From Eledone cirrhosa (taxonomy: Eukaryota): DNA of 64,000 bases. Within the stretch, counting starts at the first letter, position 1. Every line of letters starts with the position of its first letter. Below are positions 24,958 to 37,260 of the stretch, piece after piece. The stretch is from contig OZ024740.1 of assembly GCA_964016885.1 (NCBI GenBank), forward strand, positions 340,256,001 to 340,320,000, written 5' to 3'. Under the pieces are notes generated by a model. That model was not told the DNA's origin and searched no databases. It was given only the letters and a program-made list of their open reading frames with translations. Both the position numbers and the translations under genes were made by a program.

Positions 24958-26503
24958 TCTGGTGGGCTCTTAGAAAACTAGGTGTTGATGAATGGCTTGT
25001 GAGAGCTATACAAGCCATGTATAAAGAAACAGTCAGCAAGGTTAGAATTAACAACGAATATAGTGAAGAGTTTAGCGTAAAAGTTGGTGTTCATCAGGGC
25101 TCCGTCCTTAGCCCCCTCCTATTTATTATTGCCCTTCAGGCTATAACAGAGGAGTTCAAGACCGGCTGCCCATGGGAACTCCTATATGCAGATGATCTAA
25201 CGCTTATAGCTGAATCAATGGCTGAACTAGAGAAGAAATTCCAAACATGGAACCATGGCCTAGAATCAAAAGGCCTTAAAATTAACCTGTCTAAGACTAA
25301 AGTTTTAGTATGTAGGAAGGAAAATAGGGCACTGGTCCCATCTGGAAAATGGCCATGCTCAGTGTGTAGGAAAGGAGTAGGCAGAAACTCCATATTATGT
25401 CCCAAATGCAAAGTATGGGTGCATAAAAAAATGTAGTGGGATCACAGGTAAGCTAACTAAGAATATAGATTTTATATGTGGCCGGTGCTCAGGTGCATTA
25501 AGTAGCAGCAAGTGCCCACAGAATACTAGCTCATTCCATTGCACAGATGGTTCTATAGAAATAGTGGACACCTTCCATTACCTGGGTGACAAAATCAGCA
25601 GTGGTGGAGGGTGCTCTGAAAGTACAGTAGCTAGAGTCAGAACAGGATGGAAAAAGTTCAGAGAGCTTATACCACTATTGACCGCTAAAGGTCTCTCTCT
25701 AAAAATGAAAGGCAGGCTGTATGATGCCTGCATACGAACAGCAATGTTACATGGCAGTGAGACTTGGGCATTGTGTGCAGAGGATCTACGCAGACTGGAG
25801 AGGGACGAAGCTTGCATGTTCCGCTGGATGTGTAATAGTAATATACGTGAACGGCAAAGCATAAATGAACTAAGTGAGAAACTAGGAATGAGAGGGATCA
25901 GATGCTGTTTACTCGAGAGAAGACTACGTTGGTATGGTCACGTGATGCGCATGAAAGATGACAGCTGTATAAAAAAGTGCAGGGCGATCAAAATAGACGG
26001 TAGCCACGGAGTAGGCAGACCCAGAAAAACCTGGGACGACTTGATAAATTCCGACCTCACACACTTACACCTCTCCAAGACAATGTCACTGGACCGAGAT
26101 CTTTGGTGCTACACAGTAATACAGAAGACCCGCCTTGCCTAAGTGCAAAGCGAAACCTACAGTCAGTAGGCACCTCTTACCAAAATACACCTCCGTCCCA
26201 CTACCCCCACCCCATCCACACCACCCCTTTCGATGTAAAGTTATGTTGGTACCACAACATCCAGTCCTAAATAAATGAGGTTGTGTAGGTGTCACGACAA
26301 AAAAACACATCGTCCACGCTGTAATGTGGCCGTGTAGGTAACACTGTAAACGTGGTTGGTGTTAAGAAGGGCATCCAGCCATAGAAAACCCACCAGACAG
26401 TCTTATACGAGCAAGACAACCAATCTTGCCTCAAGTGGGAAAATTCCCGTCCAAAGCCATGCTAGCGTGGAAGATAGACGTTAAACGATGATGATGATGA
26501 TGA
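24955..26503 (+). mobile_element. 5'-truncated RTE LINE (long-3'UTR subfamily), antisense to ATP9
   Basis: WWALRKLGVDEW...YADDL...PHD-like finger...GRPRKTW; one +1 frameshift in an A run near 25430; 3' UTR and (ATG)n tail. Confidence 0.95.
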
Positions 26504-27872
26504 TATATATTTATTAAAATAACAGATTAAAGTTTAAGCAATAGCAGAGATAGAACTGGATGGTTTTATATTGATTTTTTCCTAACCTAGCAACAGTATG
26601 GTTCTTCACATCTCAGTGGTTAAATATCAACTGTTGATAAAACTAGATGTTATATCTATGTTGTTCCGTTCTTTCTGACAATGATCAACCAAGTATGACA
26701 TGACTATGCTCTCCACTTCACAACTAGCTAAGCTGAACTAAGTTACTATCTTATAGTAATAGTTACAAGTGGGTTTCAACCAATTAAACCACAGTACTTA
26801 TTGAAAGTACTATGATATGTATATATATATGTAAAAGTGGTCGTGATGGTGACACGGCAAAAAGTGCCCAGTCCACTCTGTAAAGGGGTTGTGTAGGCGT
26901 CATGACAAAAAGCACAGAGTGCTCACTGTAAATGAAGTTGGCATTAGGAAGGGCATCCAGCTAAAATCAGTACTGTATGAGCAAGACATGGTCACCTGAC
27001 CTGGCATTGCCCACAACAGAACAACTTGTCTAACCCATGTTAACATGGAGAAAAGGACGTAAAACAGTGATGATGATATTTCAGTGACACCGGTGTGGAG
27101 CTGTTATGCAATCACTACATCAGCAAACAGCACCAGTATGACATCATCAGACATTAACACATATGTGAAGAAGTTGATATGTCACAGATAAATGCTTTCA
27201 TGTTTGCGAAGTCCAGTGAACATATGTTTTGCCAATTGTTTTTTCTTCCTTACGTTTTCTTGTGGTATAGATATCTATTTTCTCATTGGTGAATTCTTTA
27301 AACTCTAGAATGCATTGATTAATTTAACTGTTGCTTAGTTAAGAACTCAACTTTAAATCTGTCTTTTTTTCTTTTTTTTTTACTATTTAGCCAAAGAAGG
27401 AAAGGCAATGCACATCACCTTTTCATAGCTTCAAGATTGATGGGCATCCTCAAAATGGAGACCTGGTTCAAATTCTAGCAACTGAGTAGACTCCACTAAT
27501 GGCACCCACAGACCAGGTGGCAATGTCAAACCAGGTGATGAATAAAGTCTACCACTCAAGTAGGCCTCATCATAATTTGATCTCAAAGGACAAAGTACAG
27601 GAACAAATACCACCAGGCATCCCATTCCACACTCAAACAATTCTGTCAATCCACTGCTCTTGATTGGGTCTATATTTTGACCCTGGCAGAATTTGAACTT
27701 TGTGTGCAGAGAGCAAGGACAAATACTACAAGGCATTTTAACCTATGCCAATCCACCACCTATAGTTGGTTTCTTATCCTCATGGATTTTAAACAATTTT
27801 ATCTCTACAGAAACTACTTAAGGGCAGCTGAGAAAGAAATAATAAAAGCTACAATATAATCATTATACTCAC

Positions 27873-27986
27873 CAAAGGACCCCAGTATGTGTAGAGGTAA
27901 CCAATACGGATTTCTGGTAGGAACTGGGAAATTGCCATGATAAGGAAATACAAATTCAAGAAAAAATTGAACTGTTCATATAATAC
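27873..27986 (-). CDS. ATP9: ATP9-like exon 3 ([38 protein letters not shown]), TM1 region
   Basis: cag/gtgagt boundaries, 114 nt, in frame; typical ATP9 sequence. Confidence 0.95.
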
Positions 27987-28057
27987 CTGTAACAGAAGAA
28001 TAAAGTTTTAGAAAGATCTGCTGGAGATGAAATTCATCATTAAAACTTTGAACAAAC

Positions 28058-28195
28058 CAGCCCAGTATTTCAATCCCAATGATAATTCGCTATATCCCAC
28101 TAGCCCAGTATTCCAATCCCAATAACTCACTATATCCCACTAACCCAGTACTGCAATCCCAATAATTGACTATGTCCCACTAGCCCAGTATTCCC
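28058..28195. repeat. ~39-bp tandem repeat (tagcccagtattccaatcccaataactcactatatcccac), about 3.3 units
   Basis: Direct repeats visible in the sequence. Confidence 0.85.
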
Positions 28196-29163
28196 TTGCA
28201 CCACACACTTTTGTTTACAACTGCCAATGGCACTACTTTCTGCACAAATCATTGATTGTTTTACACCATTGCTCTAACCCACTGCTGTGATTTTTGTTAA
28301 CATTTTATATATATGTGCATGTGTTTGTGTTGTTGTTACCACTGACTTTGATAATGAAGATACTATGTGTGGGTGTGTGTGTGTGGCTGTGTATATATAT
28401 ATATATATATATATAAGTGATTTTCATCAAAGTGTCTAGTGTTGGGGACAACAACACATGGCATGGTGTCAGGGTTCAAAGATAATAAGTTAGAAATGCT
28501 GGCTACAAACTCAAAACTCCTTTAATAAGAAGGGGAATACCCAATCATAGTTGTGCTATGGCTAACATACAATAGTAAAATTCCTCAAGTAAATTTCTGA
28601 ATGCATCCAGTACACTATAAAGTGGTTGACATTAGGAAGGGGATTTAGCAATAGGAAACACCAAACAAAGGGTTGAAAGGACTCTTCAGTTGTATCAAGG
28701 ACACAACAACCTCCCTAGTGTTGATGTCATGATAAAATGCAACCAGTATGCCCTGTAAAATGATTGGTCGTAGGAAGGGTATCCAAAACCAGAACATAAA
28801 TAAGGCAGACATGGCACTCTATCCATCTGGGAGGATAGTAGATCTGATTAAGTACTGACTTGGTCAGTAACAACCCATCTAACATGTCAGGATGGAAAAA
28901 CAAACATTAAATGATGATTGTGGTGATGATGATGAATTTCCCATGGACTACATTTCTTTGTCAGCTTTTGGTTATAGAATTCTTCCAAAAGTTATGATAG
29001 GCAGATAGTGTGAGCAATGAAAAGACCAATGGTAGCATAGTTTTCTGGATTCAAACTGATAATCAGCTTCTTTCCTTTGTTTAGAGGTTACAATAACTAG
29101 TAGTATTTACAGTAGCCTTTATCTGATCGCTGTATTACAGATGAATCCTTTATTATTTCTTAC

Positions 29164-29314
29164 CTTTGGCAGGAAACTAAATACACTATATTTCTGATTT
29201 CTGATCACATTCTTGGAGTACTTCTCCAGAGGGCCCCTTGATAAACCTATATGTATAATACGGGGCTGTAATTCTTTCTTCCGGCAGCATTTTGAAAATA
29301 AAGATGCTAAACAC
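29164..29314 (-). CDS. ATP9: ATP9-like exon 2 (CLASLFSKCCRKKELQPR...NVIRNQKYSVFSFLPK)
   Basis: tttcag acceptor, gtaaga donor; N-terminal P4-ATPase motif N.I.NQKY..F.FLP. Confidence 0.92.
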
Positions 29315-32300
29315 CTGAAATAAAACATAAATACAAAATATCAGTCAATTAACAGTAATTAAACAAACTTATAACTCTCTTAATCAGCAATACAAAAAGA
29401 AAATAGTGGAAATTGAGCAAAAAATGTTGTTTAAAATTGGACTGTTATTTTAAGAATATTATATTCAATCTGTTTAGGATTGAAGCAACTCTGAATAAGA
29501 ACTTACAGTGTAGAAGAGTGACTTTAATCCTGACAAACTCTCTAATGCTGATAGCACATAAAATGCACCCAGTCTATACTGTAAAGAGGTTAGTGATAGG
29601 GAGAAAACCCATATAGTAAAATTATGCCAAAACTATGAAAGATACAAATGCAATGATAGCTATAAAAAAAAAAAAATGTTCTCTTTTGTATATATTTTTG
29701 GTGATAGCATGGACATGCAATTATTATTATTGTCTGCTTGGGTTGAACAAGACTTCTGGGGGCCAGTTTTTCTATGGTCAGATGCGCTTCCTGACACAAA
29801 CGCATACTTTTATTTTTAAATATGGTGTATACTGCTGGTATTCTTCAGACCATAAAGCTGCAGGACATTGTTTATGTAAGAAATAAACAAACGTAGCTGC
29901 TGGCTTCTTTGAATAGTGTAATTAGAAAGATGTATACAGCAATTGATGCACACCTGACCCTGATTGGACAAGCAGTACTGTCAGTAGGGGCTGAAGCAGT
30001 GTACATCCATTTCGACAGCTGACGATGGAATCCTTGTATCTGTTACCAATTTTGCATATTATCTGTGATGCACATGGCTCTTCCTCCTCCTCCTTTGTTG
30101 AGTTCACTATTTTACCACAAACTATATCCTCTTCTATCACATGACTATTGTCCCATTCTTTCATCTCAATGCTACACTGTTCAGTTGTGGCTATCAACAC
30201 TAGCCCACCTTTTCCTCTCTGTATCACCTACTGTGTGTTTTTGTCCCTATAGGTCTAACTGACCATCTTCATCGCCCATTGTTCAACTTAAATGTCAAAT
30301 ATTTAATCATATACGTTACTTAACCTGCTTGAAATAGCAGCCAAATCCTCCTCCTATTACACCATATTATCTCAAATAAGGGAAAGTTCACAGCTTAGGG
30401 ATTAAAGTATTGGTCTCATGATCATAAGATGATAGGTCCAATCAATGGACTGGATAGCATATTGTGCTCTTAAGCAAAGCACTTTATTCCATGTTACTCC
30501 AGTCAACTTAGCTGAAAAGCAGCATTACCTAAGGGTTAACCTTGTGATGCATTGACACATGAAACTTAACTATATATACTTGAATATAAGCCAACCCCCT
30601 CAATTTTATGCCTGAAAAATGAGCAAAATTCCAACTCCCATTTATAAGCCAAGGCAGCTATCAAAACATTATGCTTAGATGACATGGTTTTGAAATTCTC
30701 ATGAGTATAAAATATATTTATGAAGTCTTGATATTTGAAATATTTTTAATGTCGTTTAGAGTATAGTTTTTGTTTCGCAACTCCATTACGTAGTGTTCTT
30801 GTTTTTTACCATTTCACCTGTTTTATAAAATTTCAACAAGTTTCTCAAATTTTTGTTTACTTCCGGCCACTCACATACTGGGAGTACTTTGAAAGCAAGA
30901 GATTGAATAAAAGAACTTTGTATAGGGATTCATAAAGCAAAAGAAGGAGGGAGCAACAGCAAGCAAGAGAGAGGAGAGACAGAGTGAGAAAAAGAGAAGG
31001 CAAGAACGTGAAGAGTGAGAGCAATAAAATAAAAGTCAAAAGTAAGATTGAAAGAAGTATTAAGTCAGAGAAAAACGTGTGTGGATATTTATGTATTTAA
31101 AAGTTAAAATTATAAAAGAAATTTGGAAATATTTTCAGGGTAATGTATAAATAACACCAAACACGAATTACAATCTACTTTAAAAAGTAAACCACTCATT
31201 AGATAATGTAGTCCTATATATTCCTAAAAAACAATGTTCACTGATGCAATGCCATTGGATCATAAGTCTGTTTCATCAAGAATGACCTTGGGCTAAACAA
31301 CGATAAACTGAGTAGAGAGAGGGAATTTGAGATATGCTGAAAGTATGTAGATATGGAAACTGTATCTCTGCAACATAGATTAACATAATCTAACTTGTTA
31401 CTCAGTCCTAGTAGTTGTTAAACAAAACAAAAATTGTCACCCAGAGTTAGTATAAAAACTATTTGAGGAATGTAGTATATAAGTATTTGTAATTTATCAT
31501 ATATACACATGTAGTTTATCATATATCCACTTTAGCAATGATGAAATGGGGAGCTACCAAACATATACCTACATTATTTAATGTTGATTAACAGAAAACA
31601 GACGTTAAAAGTATCTGTGTGTATATCATGACTCATACACTATTCTATGTACTATACATGCACCTTTGATGAGTTGTTGTGCACCTGAGCACTGTACACA
31701 ATAATTTCATTATTATTTAAGATTATTATTAAGATTAGCAGAATTGCTTTCTGATATTTATTCCAGCCCTTTATGTTTTGAGTTCAAATCTCACTGGAGT
31801 CAAATTTTATCTTTCCTCCTCCTAAGGTAGATAAAATAAAGTCCCACATAACAGAACAGAAATATTAAAACTGAAAGACCACTTGCATATGTTAGGGCCA
31901 CAAAAAAACAGAAAAACATAGAAAAATCTCCTCCAAATAGCCATACACAAGATCCCAGAACATTTCTCTAGCACCATCTCCAACATCACTATCTATTCCA
32001 CTCAATACAGAAATAGCTACATCAATAGCCTCGTTAATCACAAACATTTTGCTGGGATGTAAATAAATGTAGTGGAACAGCAACTGTCACACTCTGACTG
32101 AGACCAGAATCTATGATACAATCTATGAGACAAGATTGGAAAGAGTGCAACATATCCACATTGTCATGGTGTACCCCCTATGATTAATTATTGAATATTA
32201 AAGCATGCTGTATGGCAAAGGTATAGCATAACTAAAAAAAAATCAGATCTATGGGTCAACTACCTCAGAGCTGGTATTCGACTACACAACACCAACTGTT

Positions 32301-33304
32301 TTAATAACTATGTTAGCTGTGTTATTAACGTCTCAACTTAACTGTGACTTCTATCAAACCACATATAATATCGACTGCTTTATAGAATATATAAAAATTA
32401 TTATTATTAATAATAGAAAAGTGAGTTGGCAGAATCAGTAGAGCGTCAAACAAAATGCTTTGTGATATTTAGTTATGGCTCATTGCATTCTGACTTCGAA
32501 TCCTGCAGAAGTTAGCTTTGCCTTTCATGGGGGTCGATAAAATAAAGTACCAGTAATGCACTAGGGTTGATTTCATTGACATTTCCCTCCTACCAAATTG
32601 TTGGCCTTGTGCCTAAATCAGAAACCATTATTGTTATTATTATTCATACCTTTTCCTAGAGTTCACACCATTTATCTTAACATTTCCCAAAGTGACAACT
32701 AAAAATCAACTATATTCACAATATTACATTAATGTATGAGATAGTTTAGGTGACAAATCGGTATTATTACAGCATAGTATAGAATGTTTTGGTATACTTG
32801 TTTCAGCTCTCCACATGCTGAGTTCAAATGCCATTAGGGTCAACTTTGCATTTCATCTTTTCAAGGCCAATAAAATAAGTACTTAAGGTAGTAAATTGGC
32901 AGAAATGTTAGAGTACCAGATGAGATACCTTGTGGTCCTTGATGTTCTGAATTCATCACCCAGTTAAACACAACCACCTGGCCCTTGGGTAACTTTAGTG
33001 GAGTTCCCTCTGTTGCAAACATTTGAACCAAGTCTCCAGTTTAATGATACTTTCCTCACTTCCATCAGTTTGAAGCCCTTTTGATATCAAACCACATGAA
33101 ACAACCCTTCTAATCTGTTTACTCTAAAGTGTTTATATTGTATTTATCTCAAAACTTCCATCATAATTTTATCAAAGAATCTTTAAGTTATGCTCACAAC
33201 ACCAACTTAATAATGAGAAAATTGATTTATTACAAAACTCCTCCAAACTTTTTATTATTTTCAAAATACTTTGAATATTATAAGCAGGCTTTCATTAGAA
33301 ATAT

Positions 33305-33425
33305 AATTGTTTCTACTTTTGGCACCAGGCCAGCAATTATCCCAGTGCATTACTGGTACTTTATTTTATCGACCCCGTAAGGATGAAAGGCAAAGTTAAC
33401 CTCGGCAGGATTTGAACTCAGATCA
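33305..33425 (-). mobile_element. Young Nin/Deu-domain SINE (3' part)
   Basis: Reverse complement of 33755-33873. Confidence 0.85.
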
Positions 33426-33709
33426 TAAAGGGAGGTATGACTGATCAAACAAAGCGGAACTGGGATACACAACATGAACACCAGAGTTGTTACACATCAT
33501 AAAGAAAGTATATTTATGAGGTGACTAGCTAAAGTATATCTCTATCTTCTTTTTTTGTATGCTATACACATCCACTGATCTCACCAGAGATAAGCCTCGG
33601 TGTGGCAACATTAACAGTAAGAAAACTATGTTACTACTAACTTGAAAATACCAATGTTTTTACTGGGAAATTATTTATATTTATTATACAATCATTATAT
33701 TTTCATTAA

Positions 33710-33873
33710 TGGCGGTGGATTGGCAGTATCGGTAGAGTTACGGCCCTTGCCATTCTGAGTTCAAATCCCGCCGAGGTTAACTTTGCCTTTCATCCTTACA
33801 GGGTCGATAAAATAAAGTACCAGTAATGTACTGGGTAATTTCTGGCCTTGTGCCAATAGTAGAAACAATTATA
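33710..33873 (+). mobile_element. Young Nin/Deu-domain tRNA SINE; more copies at 31735-31845, 32420-32630, 36192-36260, 37876-38062 (+) and 39135-39570 (two), 41195-41372 (-)
   Basis: A box tggcagtatcggtagag, B box gagttcaaatcc, core gttaactttgcctttcatccttac.gggtcgataaaataaagtaccag. Confidence 0.85.
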
Positions 33874-34863
33874 TTTTCATTAAGCTGTGTGTGTGTGTGT
33901 GCGCGTGCACAAAATACATACACAAATATACATAGATGCATAGATGCATTTTATATCTGCTTTACAATAAAGCCATGGGAAAAACAGTAGGAAACATATT
34001 TGTGTATACACATGCACACACATACACATAAATGTCTACATAAATCATAATTACACACACACACACAAGTGCAGGCATGGCTGAATGGATAAGAAGTTAG
34101 CTTTGCGGTCATGCCATCTGGAGTTCAATCCTAATGTGCAGAAGACTTGTGTTGATCCACACAAACATTGTGAGTGAAATTGGCTAGATAGAAACAGTGT
34201 GAAAGCTCATCAGATCAATTGGATGGACTGTCACTTGATGTCACACAGTTTCTTGCAGATTATGTTAAAGGGTATAAGTCTTTGTGGAATACTCAGCCAC
34301 TTACATACTAATCTAAGAAGTAGGTAGCTGACTTGATTGAACAACTGGACTACTAACTGTGCAAACCAACATAAGATCTATTCACACGTAATGTATATGT
34401 AGCAAAATTATCCTTGGGTTAAATTTGCTGTGGTACAAAAATGCTGCGAATCAGCATTTTTTATATCATATTCTGACAAAAATAACTACTATGACACCTG
34501 GGGGTATATAAAGTCACACAGCACCAAAGGTTCTCAATCGACAGTTGACTATGATGGTAGTAGTGCTGGCCACAGTGACCAATTACTAAGCTATGCCAGA
34601 CATCAAGGCGATATCTTTATTCTATTGCATCTCTATATTCACATAATCTGTCTCTCTCTAATACATTTTGCTTACAAGTTCCACTCCATCTATATACATA
34701 TACATCCCAAGAAAATAGTCCCTTTTTCTGTGAACTCAATATTGTATTAATAGTGAATATATATAGTTATTGTTATTTCAAAGTTTGGAATATTCCTGTT
34801 TGTTGTTGCATTAAATCGTGAGAAATAAATATATTAGCAGTCTATTTCTTTGCTAATCTATAC

Positions 34864-36896
34864 CAGGGATCTCAAACTACTTTTATATGGCATGTGGCAG
34901 AACAATTTTTGTGACTAATATTTTCCTAATACTTGGTCATTTGCCCGTCACCCCTTCCATACTCTTGTAGCAACAGCAACAATAGTATTAAGCTTGACCC
35001 TCCAGCCTAATGTAAACAGAAAATCAATTTTAAAATCATCCAGAGTCTGAGCATGATTCTCCTCAAGGAGGGTAGAATGGCAATAAAAGGAAAAGTTGTT
35101 CCCAAGTTAAGTGATCCAATCTTTGTCTCTAAGCTTGTATTCTTAACTAATCTGACTGGAAGCTCCAGGGCCCAAAACAGCTTATAACAATGATCTACAA
35201 CAACGTAAAATTTTTCAAATGTAAATTTTTGTTGTGGGCAAAATAATTTGCAACCGGGAACTTAACTCACTTCAAGCCTGGCAGTCATTAGAGAGGGTTG
35301 AGCCACAATACTTGAAAAAATATGCAGATGTAAGTTTAAAGCTGCATGCTGAGTATGACTGTTTTCAACACATTTTAACTTTGGAAAAGCAATGTTTTGT
35401 TACTCCACTGGCTGTGAATGTTAAAACTGTTTCTGAGGAATTTCAGATGCAGTTGGCAGAACTCCAATGCAATATACAGAGGTTGGTGTTCCTGATTTCT
35501 ACCAGCTGCTTCGAAATGAAAGATTTCCCAAATTATTTGCCTTGTCTCTGCAAATTCTGGCCATGTTTGTGATCAGTTTTTCTCAAGAATGAAAATAAAT
35601 AATCTGCATTGTGCTCAAAACTAACTGATGAACATTTACAGTCCATGTAGAGACTGGCTAATTTAAAGCAATTTGAAGCAAAATATAGAATCCTTGGTTG
35701 CTGCCAAAACGTTGCTAAAACATCATCTTCGACATGAACTGGTTGGGATTATCAAATGAAGGCAATTAACCTTATTTATAAGTCTGAATTCAGTAAAGAA
35801 GTATTTTTTTAATATTTTTTTAATATTTTCAGGGGAACAAATTTTCTGTGATCATGGATCGTAAATCTGGAAAGGAATCCAGCTTTTCATGATAAATAAT
35901 AAATTCTTGTTTGTAATTATTCCAAAACTTAATAGTATCTGTGATTTTGCTATTAAAAATTTAACATTCTTTAATATTCTTTTTAAAAAAACATATTTTT
36001 TTAAAATATAAGTACCTTAACATGTATATATATATGTTTTTAAACATGTACATTAACAGTTATATTTTTTTTAAACGTGTACATAACAGTTATATTTTTT
36101 AAAATAAACATATACGTACAGTAACAGTTATATTTTTTAAATAATATGTACATTAACAGTTATATTGTTTTACAAATATCTGTCATTAATTTCGATAAAA
36201 TAAAGTACCAGTAATGTACTGGGTAATTGCTGGCCTTGTGCCAAAAGTAGAAACAATTATTTTACTAAGATGGTCACTGGAGGATCAGTCAACAAATGTT
36301 GGAAGTGGCAAGAGACGAAAATAAAAACAATTCAAGTTTATCAGTTGATAAAATAAGGCTACAGGGTACTTTGAATATTGTGAAAGGAAATGAACTATCC
36401 TTGTAGTGAAAAAGTTCTTTTGTAAAGTGTTATAATGAAAGAAAAATGTCATCAATTTTACTTTTACATGTAATTTGTTTCTTGATTTGGATTTTAAAAG
36501 ATTTTATTTTTAATTTTTTGTTTAAGTTATCTGCTATTTCTTTAAATGTGATAAAAGTTTGAATTTTGCTTAGGTTTTCCCTGTTTTAATAATATTTCTA
36601 GTACTATTTGTGGTAATTTACCCATTAAACACAATAAAAATGAAAATGGAAAACAACTTATCAAAAGTAAAAACAGAACAAGGAAAATTTGTGCCCAATT
36701 TTTTGTACTAATTTTCACATCCCACTTACTATCATTTTGATAAAATAAATAAATAAATACCAGCTTGTCAGCAGCATTACAGATTAGTATTATAACTGGT
36801 AGAAATCATACCTCCACCCTCATCTCCCTTTTGGCCCACTGTTCCTCTACCCCGGAGTGGAATGGCCCTTTTGAGTCTTCAAGTTTATAACCCCTG
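34864..36896 (+). mobile_element. Decayed Charlie/SPIN-type hAT transposon
   Basis: TIRs cagggatctcaaact / agtttataacccctg; 8-bp TSD atctatac (34856-34863) / gtctatac (36897-36904); transposase relics LVFLTNLTG..LQGP, FQMQLAELQC, CDQFFSRMK and LTDEHL. Confidence 0.88.
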
Positions 36897-37181
36897 GTCT
36901 ATACCAATATTTTTGGAAAATCATTTACTCCACATCAACAACTAATGGTCAAATCAATCATCATACCAAGAAACCAACTAACATTCCTAAAAGGCAACTA
37001 AAAGGTTTAGCATCAGGAAGGGAATCGAGCAGTAAGTCTCAAAATATTCCGTATAACCCATGCTAACATGGAAAAGTCAATGTAAAAACGATGATGATAT
37101 ATATGTATATACAGATTTAATTAAAAGGCCCAATGTGGATATTAAGAAGAAAAAATATATACTGGAAGAAGGTATCATAAA

Positions 37182-37183
<2 letters not shown>

Positions 37184-37229
<46 letters not shown>

Positions 37230-37260
37230 TGTGTATGTGTATGTGTATGTGTGTGTGTGT
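37184..37260. repeat. (GT)n microsatellite; another at 2194-2285, and (TA)n tracts at 6212-6258, 40199-40225, 40514-40566, 52838-52877
   Basis: Direct observation. Confidence 0.95.

Noticed and set aside
29922-30227. 101-aa minus-strand ORF as an extra ATP9 exon
   Set aside because: No P4-ATPase similarity or convincing splice sites; RGKGGLVLIA is at best a decayed LINE endonuclease relic
33710-33780. tRNA gene from A and B boxes (also 13466, 37876, 47040)
   Set aside because: These are SINE heads that run into SINE cores; no cloverleaf is evident
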